Origin: Octopus vulgaris
Lineage: Eukaryota
Reading direction: 5' to 3'
NCBI GenBank assembly: GCA_951406725.2
Contig: OX597822.1
Span: 37,510,001 to 37,574,000 of the forward strand
DNA: 64,000 nucleotides
Program-made: the position numbers and the translations under genes
Part shown: piece after piece, positions 52,265 through 64,000 of the stretch
How positions within the stretch are numbered: the first letter of the stretch is position 1
Layout: each line of letters begins with the position of its first letter
Notes under the pieces: generated by a model
What the model saw: only the letters and a program-made list of their open reading frames with translations
Databases searched by the model: none
What the model was told of the DNA's origin: nothing

Positions 52265-53318
52265 TTGAATTGTGAGTCAACAGAAATGTTAGTGCATCAG
52301 ATGACAATACCTTGCAGTATTTGTTCCAGCTCTTTAAGTTCTGAGTTCAAATTCTGTGGGTGTCAGTTTTTGTTAACATCATCTTTTATGAGACATCAAC
52401 AAAATATAGTACCAGTCAGATACCTGAGCCAATGTACTTCATTAAACTTCTTCCTCCAAATATCAGGCCTTGTGCCTATGTTAGAAACCATTGTTATTAT
52501 TATTAAGGCAGCAAGCTGGCAGAATCGTTAGCATACTGGGCTAAATGCTTAATGGTATTTCACCTGTTGCTATGTTCTGAGATCAAACTCTGCTGAGGTC
52601 AACTTTACCTTTCATCCTTTTGGGGTCGATAAATTAAGTACCAGTAAAACACTGGGGTTGATGTATTCAACTATTCCCCACCTCCTAATTTCAGGCCTTG
52701 TGCCTTTAGTAGAAAGCGTTATTATTATTACTACTACTACTATTACTACTACTGCTACACCAAGGTCAACTTTGTCATTCATCCATCTAGAATCTACTAA
52801 ATTACACCCTTGTTAAACACTTAGGGTTGATTTAATCAGCTATACCCTTTCACTTGAAAAATTTGTGATTTTGTGCTTATGTTAGGAATGAAACAAACAT
52901 CATTATTATTATTGTTATTGTTGTTGTTGTTCTTTAGTCTCTGAGTTCAAATCCCAACAAGGTCAAGTTTGATTTTCACCCCCCACCCCTGGTCATAGAA
53001 TGACAAGCCAGTCAATTTCAGGGGTCAGTGCTACTGACTAATTGATGCTCTTGTGCCTGAACCAGAAACAATTATTACTGCAAGGGGTAATGGATTGGCA
53101 AAAAGCTCATCTCCAAATTTCTGGCTTTATGCCTATATTAGAAACCACTGTTATTGTTATTATTAAAAAGGTGGCAAGCTGGCAGAATCGTTAGCATGCT
53201 GGGATAAACGCTTAGCAGTATTTTGTCTGCTGCTACATTCCGAGTTCAAGTTCTGCCAAGGTTGACTTTGCTTTTCATCCTTTCGGGGTCACTAAATTAA
53301 GTACCAGTGAAACATTGG
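52265..53318 (+). repeat. Second head-to-tail array of SINE family 2 (5-6 full or partial copies)
   Basis: Same unit as 25185-26415, joined by (ATT)n/(ACT)n linkers. Confidence 0.8.
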
Positions 53319-55306
53319 TTGGTCTTGATAGACAATCATTCTTTCTTTGTTAGGTTTGGGGTTATTGTAAGACAGATGGCGGGTATGAGATATGTGGTGA
53401 TGGAAGTTATTGCATTCAAGAATCTATTTTTGTGTTGTGACTGGAAACAGTTGTTCTGTATCCAGTAGTGAGTGTTGTGAAATTCTCTACAAAACAATAT
53501 ACATTTCAATGTCCTTTACAGTTCAAAAGCATATTTTCTGTCCCCCATCAAATCATTTCCTCAATAAAAACAACAAACGACGACTCAATCGTACACATGA
53601 AATGACAATCAACTGTTTGCGATGGAGATTTTCATTGCTGACACATTCTACTTCACCTTTGAGATATGCACATCAGACACACACACACACACACACATGC
53701 ATGTGCTTTGTAAAATTAGTCATTATTTCATATTAAACTGTTTTACTCTATTTTTGAAGTCTGCAACAATTTCTGTAGGAATTAGGGTTGAGTCTTTGAA
53801 TTTTAATCTCTACTTATTTAAATTTTGTTAAGTTTTCAATCTCTTTCTTTTCTAAATGCTTCTTGTCTGACATTAGTTGTTAATACAATTCCAATTTTTT
53901 TCATCTTTCGAGATGAAACTTTTTGTTTAAATATTCATATTTACATCCCATGTTTAATTGATATTCACATTGAGACTACATTTTTTAATATTTACACCTA
54001 ATCTGTGCCTTTGATATCTACATTCCTACTATATTTCAATTAAGATGTTTGAAGATGACAATCGAAAAATAACACACAATAGCTTTTTGTATTGGGAGAT
54101 TGGTTTGGCATCTCTCAGAAATGATGCTATTTCGCCCCCAAAAGTCTTTTAACTGATAATTACATAGCCAACAAAATCTACACCAAAAGTGAGCATCGTT
54201 AACATTGTTAATAATAATAATAATAATAATGATGATGATGATGTTAAGCACTAGTTCATTGCATGCACAAGTATATGTCTCCTTTGATGCACATCTTCAA
54301 CTACAGATACCCACTTATGCATGTGTGTACTGTATCTGGTGAACTTGGTTTTATGTTAAAATGCGTCAGTGTTGTTGTCAGTAATGATAAGTTGATTTCT
54401 ACATTGACATGAACTAAGAAGCTGTTATAATGTTTGTGTATCTCCAAGGGGTATCAGTGATGTAGTAGTAGTAATAATAATAATCATTTATTGGCCTTAA
54501 AGGCTCGGATCAGATCAGGTACTTACCCTTTTCTTTTGCAGTTGATTATGAGGATGGTGGTGGTGGTGGTGATGATGATAATGGTGATGATGATGATGTT
54601 AATGGTGATTGTGATTGCATTGATTAATTTTTTAAGTGTTGTTGCTTGTCATTCATGAAACAAACAGAACAGGATGTTCTTGGTGATGGTTTGAAGTGGG
54701 GTGGTTACACATTTTATCTAAATTTCTGTTTTTTTAACCCTCTCCTTCTCTCTCTCTCTCATAACTGTTGCTGTGGAACAACTTTGCTCTCCTTCTTAAT
54801 ATTTGATCCACCGACTGAACGATCTGTTGAAACTTACATCTTGCCCGCGCCTCCTACCCCTGCGACTACATAGCGCTATACTGCACAAAAACCATATTTA
54901 TTCACTAAATTCCTTGTTTTTGTTATTGCTTTTTTGTTTGTTTATTTTTTATTATAATTCTATTTTTTTTATTGATTTGTTGCTTGCGCTAACACCAATC
55001 CTGATTTTGAAAAGAAAAATCTGCTGTGATCTATATTTATTCTCCTTCCCTTTTATGAAAACATCCGCCGTCCTATACAGATGGTAACCATAACTGTATC
55101 AGCTTTCTCTGTGTATATCCCACCTTTGCTCTGATATACTCAGGTTTATCTACCCCATAAAACATCCCCATGTAATTTTAAACGTTAACCAATCCCTGCT
55201 TCTCCATCCCCCCTACCCAACTCCATTGCAATTAATAACCAGCTTTGATTGTTATTCTACTGTTAATCATTTGACTTCATGAAATTAAATTCATAAACTT
55301 TATACA

Positions 55307-55386
<80 letters not shown>

Positions 55387-55623
55387 GCAGGCTGGCCTGG
55401 TGTTTAAGAAATTCATCTCACAATGATGAAATCTTGGGTTTTTATCCCACTGCATGACATATGTGATTCTACAACACTTCTGAGTCAACCCAAGCATTGT
55501 GAGTGGAATTGAGTAGACAAACTTGTGGAAGCTCTAGTTGTGAGCTGGGCCCTTGTTACATCGTGTGTAATGCTGATCCCGATGGAGGACCAGGATAAAG
55601 ATGTATGTATTTATGAATGTATA

Positions 55624-55663
<40 letters not shown>

Positions 55664-56220
55664 TACATACATACACACACATACACTCACTAAATATATA
55701 CAAATTTTTCTATTTTTAGTAAGAGCGCCAACATGACTTAAACTATATAACCTATATTTTATCACAGAATTTCGCATCAAATCAGAAAAGTTCATATACA
55801 AATGTGCACACAACACAACTCATGGGTACAGAATAATTATATATGCCTCTGCACACATGCGCATACATACACACATACACACACAGAATAATTGCATTAA
55901 AGTGATATCGTTTGAAAAATATAAAATTATAGCACCGAACTTTGTGAGGGATTGGATAAATTCATTTATTTTAAATTGTTATATTTTAATATAAACTATA
56001 TTCCAGATTAGTTAATAGCTGTAGGTGTAGTTAATCAACGATTTTAAAAAAAATTTATTTTTTAAAAGTCCTAATATAATTCCTAATATAATTATTTTAA
56101 ATTAGTTTGGTGATGCTCACTGCATTAAACATGTTAACACTAAATTATTGTTTATATTTGATTGTTTTAATTTCTTTTTTTAATTTGTGAATGATTTTAT
56201 TTTAATTTTGTTTTGTTGTG

Positions 56221-56330
56221 ATTAAATAAAACATCTCAATTAATAAAATAAATTCTGACATGCTGAAGCTAGTTCTTTTGTGTGATCTTGCAGATTTTTT
56301 TACTTTTTTTTTTTGTTGTTGTTGGGTTCT
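56221..56330 (+). terminator. Candidate polyadenylation region
   Basis: AATAAA at 56225, 56242 and 56247, followed by GU/U-rich sequence. AATAAA is common by chance in such AT-rich DNA. Confidence 0.3.
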
Positions 56331-56776
56331 TATTTTATTGACTGTTTTTCATAAAAAAAATTCTTATCTTTCATTGTTTGATAAGAAATGGAGGAAAAAC
56401 CATTAAGAAATTCTTAGACTGACTTTTAGAAGTAAAAGAAGGGGGTTAGCAGGGGGAAGCCCTCCAAAACTCCTTGCTGCCAACTTGTAAAATACTTCTT
56501 TAAAAGTATCCCCCTGCCCATCCTATCCCATCCCACCATCCACTGTTTGCTGTTCTGTTGTCTGTGATCACTTATTTGCTTAATGGTTGATTTCTTAATT
56601 GTTCTAGAAACTAAATTATCTGTTTAATTAAAAAACAGTTTGCAATATTTGCTACTCTTTTCTTGTAATTAGGAACCAATTCTTGTGGGTTTCAGGACTG
56701 TGTAGCCTGAATTTCAGAACTTTGAAACATTTAACCTGTAAACAAGGAATCTCCCTCCCTTCCAAACTGAGTAAAA

Positions 56777-57145
<369 letters not shown>

Positions 57146-57768
57146 AAATAACATCAAATAAAATTTGAGACTGTGACAACTCATTTCACCTGTGCCAGCA
57201 TGGAAACAGGACATAAAAACATGATGAGAATGAAGATATACAAGTCCACCTGCTCCACATATATATCAGCCCTCTGGGATTTTCTTGCTCATGTCTGATG
57301 TTGACCTGCAGCAGTTTCAATAAAAAATTATCAGCATCAGATTCATTGATCTTTGAAGGTTTGTAAAAGTCATCGGCACTGCCCCTTCCAGAACTAGCAA
57401 ATGAAAAAGGAAGTATATATGTGGGGTAGTCATGTATCTTCTCTTTAGCAAGACACCTGCACTTGTCTCTCTATTGTACTTTAATCCTCCAACACCTGAC
57501 ATAAAGCCACCTCCCTCATTCATATATTCTATCCTCTTAGCTGAGGGAGCTTTTTCCTTTTGTAGTTCTTGTCTTGCAAGTTACTCGGCAACCTCATAAG
57601 TGCCAGTGACATGAAAATAGTACTCAGTATACACTGTAAAGTGGTTGACACGGGGAAAGGCATCTAGCTATAGAAACCATGCCAAAGTTAACACTGGAAC
57701 TCAATGCAACCCTGCTGTGCATCAGATCCTATCAAACTACCCAACCCAACCCATACCAGCATGGAAAA

Positions 57769-57860
<92 letters not shown>

Positions 57861-58008
57861 GAGCTCACTTCAGTTTCCATCTACTAAATCTACTCATAAG
57901 GGTTATAGTAGAAGACTCTTGCCCAAGGCACCACACAGTGGGAGTGAACCTGAAAGACTATGTGGTTGGAAAGCAAACTTCTAAACCACACAGCCACACC
58001 TATATGTA

Positions 58009-59645
58009 CAGCACCATGCAAAAGTCTTCGGCCAATTTAAACTATTATAAATTTCTACTAATTGTCAACTTAGAAATGGATGTTTCACATTGCGTTTTTT
58101 ACAGATGGAACATTGGCCCTGTTGGAGTCATTTCCATACCTAATCATTATATTTTATAGTAGGGGTTTTGAATGAGAGGGGAAGATGTGAGAAATTGCCA
58201 TGCAAAAGTTTTTGGCCATATCACATAAATCAGTCAAGATACAATGTTTTAAAACAGAAAAAATGTCTATAATGAAAATTTGTTACATATTGTTCATTTC
58301 ATGAAATTGTTAATATTTCATGTGGTTTCTCTTAGCTTGAATAATTGCTTCAATGCGCCTGGGAAGAGATGCATACAAAGCCTTCACCATCTTCACAGGT
58401 ATGAGATGCTGTTCTCTGTGGCTGAGCTCCCACAACTCTTCAAGATTGCATGGATTCTTCTGGCGAACTCTTCTATTTAGTTCTGCCCACATTTGCTCAA
58501 TGATATTTAAGTCAGGGCTCTGAGATGGCTAATCTTTCAATTCGGTAACACCTTCATTAGCTAGACTTTGTTGTGATGCATGCAATGTGTGGGATGGAGC
58601 TCTGCCATGCTGAAAAATCTCACCTTCATCCAAGTCTGGTATCAAATTGTCCTTCAGCAACTGGATGCATTTGGCACTATTCAAGTTACCATCAATTGAA
58701 ACCAACTTTCTTGAACCATCACCTTTTATGTATTCCCAAAGCTTCAGACTCAAACCCCCAAACTTCAGTTTCCGTTGTGTAATGTGAGTTGTTTTGCTTT
58801 CCTGGAAGCCTTCTGACAAATTCTCGCCTATTAGAAAGCAAAATGACCCATGTTACAGGACGAAAATAAAGTTTGGGGGTTTGAGTCTGATGCTTTGGGG
58901 ATACATAAAAAGTGATGGTTCAAGAATGTTGGTTAAAATTGAATGTAAATTGAATAGTGCCAAATACATCCAGTTGCTGAAGGACAATTAGATACCAGAC
59001 TTGGATGAAGGTGAGATTTTTCAGCATGACAGAGCTCCATCCCACACATTGCGTGCAACACAACAGTCTGGCTGATGAAGTTGTTACTGTATTGAAAGAT
59101 TGGCCAGCTCAGAGCTCTGACTTAAATATCATTGAGCAAATGTGGGCAGAACTAAAGAGAAGAGTCCATCAGAAGAATCCAAGCAATCTTGAAGAGTTGT
59201 GGGAGCTCAGCCATAGAGAATGGCATCTCATAGTTTGTGAAGATGGTGAAGGATTTGTACACATCTCTTCCCAGGCACATCAAAGTAATTATTCATGCTA
59301 AGGGAAGCCACACGGAATATTAACAATGTACTGTAACTTCTTGAAATGAACATTATATAATAAATTTTCATTATAGACATTTTTTCTATTTTAAAACACT
59401 GTATCATGATTGGTTTATGTGAGGTAGCTGAAAACTTTTGCATGGCCATTTTTGGTGCTCATCTCACATCTTCCCCTCTCATTCAGAACCCCTACTACAA
59501 AATATAATGATTAGGTATGGAAATTACTCCAACAGAGTCAATGTTCCATCTGTGAAAAACGCAATGCAAAACATCCACTTGTAAATTGGCAATTAATAGA
59601 AATTTACAGTAGTTTAAAGTGACCAAAGACTTTTGCATGGTACTG
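58009..59645. mobile_element. Palindromic (foldback) Tc1-like element built from two inverted copies of the transposon 3' half
   Basis: TA|CAGCACCATGCAAAAGTC ... GACTTTTGCATGGTACTG|TA. Both arms encode Tc1 C-terminal motifs (KFGG.SLMLWG, FQHDRAP.H, WPAQS.DLNIIE.MW) in opposite orientations. Inner copies of the terminal motif near 58198 and 59430 give an IR/DR layout. Confidence 0.92.
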
Positions 59646-60300
59646 TATATTGTAAGAATATGCCTAAAGGCTTATAGTAAATACCAGCAGATTGGTGCTC
59701 AGACCAGATGAGATAGATAAAATCCAACATAAAGTCATGGGAGACAAAATTCAGGCAAGCAACAGTTGGCTATAGGAAATGTAGCAGTTAAGCTAATGAA
59801 ATTATAATAAAATAAGGATAGGTAATGGTATCAAAGCAATTATAAATTTATACAGAAGTGAGTATTAATATAAGTATGCAGAAAAACATGAAAAAGATAG
59901 GAAAATGAAAATCCATTGTAGTTCTTCACAGATAGATTAGATGTCCAGAGAGATGAGATATCATGACAAGAGAGAAGAGGAAATGTGGGCAATTCTTTAC
60001 AGCTGTTTCTGGGGATCGGTGAATAGTAAGTGCAGTAGTGAACCCCAGAAACAGCTGCAAAGGTTGGCCCAGATTCTTCTCTTTTTTTACCTGTGATGTT
60101 AAAGTATGAACTTTTTGGATATCTATCTATCAAGAACTACTATAAACTTACATTCTCTCTTTTTTTTTTTACTGTTTTCTGTTTAATTATATTTACTCTT
60201 TCCTGTATAGCTATAAATAATTTTATACCACTAACAGCCAGCTGTATACTTTTAATTTTAGTTGTGTGTGTGAATGTGTATCTGTCTATTACACACACAC

Positions 60301-60339
<39 letters not shown>

Positions 60340-63300
60340 TCATGAAACTCTCGAACCTTGAGTCACTGTTACTTCTGCTAAATGTATGTGTGTATGCATA
60401 TATAGTCACTAATGTCTTAGTATAAGTAGTATATAATACATAACAATTACCAGTTTTATATAGAAAAAGGACAAAAAAAAAATCAACCACCAAGACTCAG
60501 TATATATAGATATATTTCTAAAACAGTGCAAGATGTGCTTGTGACCTGTGTAGGTCATTCCTGATCTATCTTAGAATGATATTGGCTATTTCATGCTCAT
60601 TGTTTAAGATAACCCCACCACCAACCTTGCCCTTACTAAGGTTTAGTATACATTTTTAAGGTCTTTGATTGGAGCCCCATTATATTCTGGGTTATGGGTT
60701 AAGGTTTGATAAACTGAATAACACATAGAAGAAAATATACATATTGACTGAAATTTCTCTTGTAGAGAGAGAAAACAAACACACAGTGACAATAGTTAAG
60801 GATTCTTAAAGATAATTTGAAGAAATTAATGAGTAATCTCTGAAAGATAATATAAGGGCTTAGGTAGAAAGTCCTGATTTTAATGTGTGCAGACAAAGTG
60901 GACAACTATGAATAGCATCTGGTGAGGTTTAATGGATTGAAATAAATCTATAGTTGTCCCTCTTACCTGCTAACTAGATCAGGCTCTTATCTAAGCAATA
61001 AGAGATTAATTCTTAATTTCCTGAAATTATCTCTCCTTTTCTTTGGCAATCATGAACAATTGTCATTGCTGTTAGTTTCTTCTTTCCTTTCTCCAATTTA
61101 GAGGGAAATGTCAATTAATTGTTTTCCACATGGAATTCAGTACAACAACCCCTTCATTCACTGATGCAAATTCATTCCTTTGGTCTATTTTATTTCCTTT
61201 AGCTCTCTTTATATTCTGGAATGTATTGCATCCATCTCTAGAAATTGTCTTATTTGGAACCGTTCCATTTTATTTATAAATTATTTAATAATTTAGCAGT
61301 CATCTTATTCTCCTTGTCTCTCATTAATGAATGATCCAATATATAATATCCTGGGTTTATAGCATTTTACTTTGGTTTCTATGATGGGTATATCCCCATC
61401 ATAGATTGCTACACATTTGTTTCTGTCTGTCCTTTTCTCTTTTATGTTAGTTTGTGCTTGCTGTCTTGTCAACTGGCTTTTATACTCATTTTTATATTGA
61501 GTGGTATATTTAATGTGTGCTTAAATACTATTTTCATATAGTTCCGAGAGACGGAGAGAGTGTGTGCACGCGTGCTCTCCCATGTTCCTACTGAGGGACA
61601 TGTCGAGCATATGATGTGTATAAAATGGCAGTATGAAGTGTAGCAAAATGGTGTGTTTTATATCTAGTTGTAACTTTTATTATTTTTCATTGTTAACAAC
61701 ACTTGGTTCTTTATACTCTCAGACAACATCCTTATGAAATGAATCTTTATTATTATTATTATTCTCTTCTACTGTTTGAAGTTATTGGAAAGTGGCCATA
61801 TTGGAGCACTTCCTTCAACTCCAGTATTTCACTTTGCTCTTATATTTTACTGGGTTTCTGTTTTATTGGATTGCTGCTAAGTTATGCGTTTGACACAACT
61901 CTTTATTTTATTTTATTTTTTTTACATTTGGTATCATCATCATCATCATTTTAACATCTACTTTTTCCATGCTGGCAGGGGTTGGACAGAATTTGTTGAA
62001 GCTGGTTTTCTGCAGCTAGATGCCCCTCTTTTTGCCAATCTTCACCTGTTTCCATGTAAAGTAACATTATCCCTTGGCTAGCCATATCTTCATGAAAGAT
62101 TGGAAATTAAGGACATCATCATCATCATCATCATCATCATCGTTTAGCATCCGCTTTCCATGCTAGCATAGGTTGGATACTGCTTATATAATGGAGACAC
62201 TTGTTTACAACTGTCACATGACATCTAGACAAGAAACAACAACAACACACACACATACACACACACACACAACTGGCTTCTTTCAGTTTCTGTCTTCCAA
62301 ATCCAATCACAAAGCTATAGTTGAAGATACTTGCCCATGTTGTCAAGTTGAAGGGACTGAACCTGAAATCATGTGGTTAGGAAGCAAGGTTCTTAACCAC
62401 ACAGCCAAGCTTATATACACACACATACACACATACATTTGCACACATATAATGATCTTTTGTAAAGTTTCTTTCTACCAAATATCATTTGTATTTGTGT
62501 GATTAATTTTTAACTCCATCTCTTCTTTAAAACAGGCACTGGCTATTGAGGTTTACAAATCTCTATTGTGCTTTGCACACGTTTAAGGTCCAATACTCAC
62601 AAATCTGAATTCTTCCCTTGTCCTTCTTGTCTGGCTCTGTTGTTGTTGTTTAGTCACAGATCATCCCTAATCGAGCAAACTCTATGGTCCAAGATATCCT
62701 GCTCATGATCATCTTATCTTTTTATATACCCAAGACAACATTATCTAACGTGGCCATTCTTATTTTCTTAGACAGTAAGAGATGATCTTAGGGAATTTCA
62801 TTGCTATTTCTAGCAAGCTGGGTTATCAGATAGAGGCTTCTGTAACATATTTGGTTGTTTCCACCTTTCTACCTCACTTTTGTTATCACAGGGCTGGGCA
62901 CTCTGTTGGTTATGACAAGTGTTCCAGGTGATTTGATCAATGGGAAGCCTGCTCATGAAAATTAACATGCATGTGGCTGAGCTCTCCACAAACACATGTA
63001 CACTGAATATAGTTTTCAAGGAAATTCAGTGTGACACACCAAATGTGACCAGGCTTCCACTTTGAAATACAACTCATTTTTGCCAGTTGAGTGGACTGGA
63101 GAAATGGGAAAATAAAGTGTCTTGATCAAGGACACAATGTTCCAATGGGAACCAAACTCACAACCTTACAATCTTGATCCAAATACATTAACCATTAAGT
63201 TGTCTGCCCTCACTTTTATCACATATGCACACATTCACATTCACATTCATACAAATACACACAGGCTTACACATACATAAAACAAAAAGTGAATGATTTC

Positions 63301-64000
63301 TATTAGTTTCATTGAGTTTTCAGTTGTTCGATCAACTGAACTTCTTTTTTTGAATTAGCTTGTAAATAGCTGAATATTCCACATGGGCAGAAACAGTGCA
63401 AGGCAGTGTTGTTACAATTCTGTGCCTTTGAAATGCAACTATTTCAAATCCACCTGATGTGTTTCCACATAGTTTTTTATTTCTCAAATTTCACTCATAA
63501 GTCTTGGATCAACACATGATGATGGGAAAACACACTTTCCCCAAGATGCCATGCAGTGGGAGAGAATCCAAGATTCTTATGAATTGCAAATCAAACTTTT
63601 TAATCTTTCAGCCATGCTGTGTCCATGTGTGTGTGCACACACACATCTTGAATTGCCTTCTTTTTTCTGGCAATTTCTTCTAAAATACTTCCTTGTTTTC
63701 TGTATAATCTGATGTTTCATAATCTCACCAGAATTTCTGATTTTATGTCCTCTTAAATGATTCATATTTATACCACCTTAATTTGAATGCTAAATTCATT
63801 TATTTGGAACAGCCAGCAAATCTTGTTACATGTTCTTCATGTTGTAGCTGGGAGGAACCCTTCTCCAAACCTTTCTTTTTTTAATTTTTGTTCTTTTTAC
63901 TCTTTGTGCTCCTTCAGTTGTAATTGGAAAGACTTGGAGAAAGAAAGGAACGATTCATTAGCCAAGAATGTGACAAAGTCTATCTCAAAATCCAGTGTAC

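Overview
AT-rich, CpG-depleted, microsatellite- and SINE-dense eukaryotic genomic DNA. The repeat families suggest an octopus or other coleoid cephalopod (inference). The window lies inside one plus-strand gene, an LRRFIP1/2-family (leucine-rich repeat flightless-interacting protein) homologue. Six coding exons can be joined with canonical AG/GT sites, all in phase 0: 27874-27960, 35661-35711, 37313-37384, 43745-43915, 46484-46576 and 47881-50190. They give about 927 aa. The start-codon exon was not found and is probably upstream. The last exon is a 769-aa acidic, low-complexity tail that replaces the canonical second coiled coil. It carries a near-consensus FFAT motif, several LIR-like motifs and a polybasic C-terminus. 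The introns and flanks hold a non-autonomous Helitron with a PIF1 fragment, a full-length decayed mariner (DD34D), a 1.6-kb palindromic Tc1-like foldback element (D35E), LINE RT fragments, piggyBac-, hAT- and pogo-like MITEs, many tRNA-derived SINEs (including head-to-tail arrays), a minimal hammerhead-like motif and several hairpins and minisatellites. Nearly all other ORFs in the supplied track are repeat-derived noise. No database search or folding computation was run.
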